NCBI RefSeq assembly: GCF_964355755.1
Contig: NC_092672.1
Coordinates: forward strand, 22,147,237 to 22,211,236
Length of the DNA: 64,000 nt
From: Antedon mediterranea
Taxonomy: Eukaryota > Animalia > Echinodermata
Direction: 5' to 3'
Shown: piece after piece, positions 63,408 to 64,000 of the stretch
Position numbering within the stretch: position 1 is the first letter of the stretch
Layout: each line of letters begins with the position of its first letter
Notes under the pieces: generated by a model
What the model was told of the DNA's origin: nothing
What the model saw: the letters and a program-made list of their open reading frames with translations, nothing else
The model's database searches: none
Position numbers and translations under genes: made by a program

Positions 63408-64000
63408 TTACTGACATTCAGTGATTGAAGTTTCTCCTTCATCTAATGTTCAAGCAGTATTGGTATAATGTTTTTTTATTGAGAATTGTCCTATAATTTC
63501 ACACATAAATTAATTATTCCCTGAGATTTGAAATCAAAATAAAATGTACATTGACTTAGGAATGTATTTAATAATTGCCCTGATTTAATGCACAACTATT
63601 AATTTAGATTGTATACTGGCTTTTTCTTTTTATCCAAATGTACATGAAAAACATAAGCATTCAATTTGAGGGCTTGTGATGAGTTGAAAATCAAATAACA
63701 ATATTATCAAGTTAAAGTTCAAAACAATTTTTTTTGTAATGGTCAAATGAATACAAAACAGAAAATATATTTAGGTTACATTAATTTATTTAAAAAGTAG
63801 CATGAAAACATAAAATAAAATACATGAATAAAGGTAATAACTATACAGGAACCAAAACTTAAAACAAATAAATAAAATCAACAGAAATATAGACAATAGC
63901 ATATTATTTTATCAGAAAAGTAGTTGGAGAGATAATGATTTTCAATTATTATACAAAAGTTTTTCTGATTAGAAACAAGGGTTGAATCAAGACAATTCCA
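63408..64000 (+). repeat. Paralog of intronic segment 47925-49100, lacking its three insertions
   Basis: ctgacattca..ttctccttcatctaatgttcaagcagtat..caagttaaagttcaa..caggaacca.aacttaaaa are collinear in both copies. Confidence 0.92.

Overview
AT-rich eukaryotic (invertebrate metazoan) genomic DNA, not prokaryotic; nearly all ORFs in the supplied track are spurious or transposon remnants. The only host gene I can support is a + strand, intron-rich ankyrin-repeat gene. Its exons are 24807/24814-24864, 25521-25595 and three 99-bp phase-0 one-repeat-per-exon units at 29249-29347, 43402-43500 and 60391-60489. It continues beyond the window, and the 43402 exon has a TT instead of a GT donor. The rest is a dense transposon landscape: two non-autonomous Helitrons, Helentron/DINE-like elements (one in a triple nest with a CORE-type SINE), Kolobok- and Harbinger-like MITEs, Deu/Nin-type SINEs, Tx1 and CR1/L2-group LINE fragments, hAT transposase and DIRS/Ngaro tyrosine-recombinase relics, a probable solo LTR, 26-bp and 72-bp minisatellites and many local duplications. 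The most striking signal is a record of apparent transposon excision scars, visible by comparing paralogous copies inside the window: +5 bp TA(CAG/CTG/CCG)TA, +6/+8 bp TAGGCCTA (piled up next to a putative promoter), and 20-32 bp CANRG...CYNTG micro-hairpins flanked by 7-bp direct repeats that look like P-superfamily footprints. All calls were made by eye; family names come from motif recall, not database searches.
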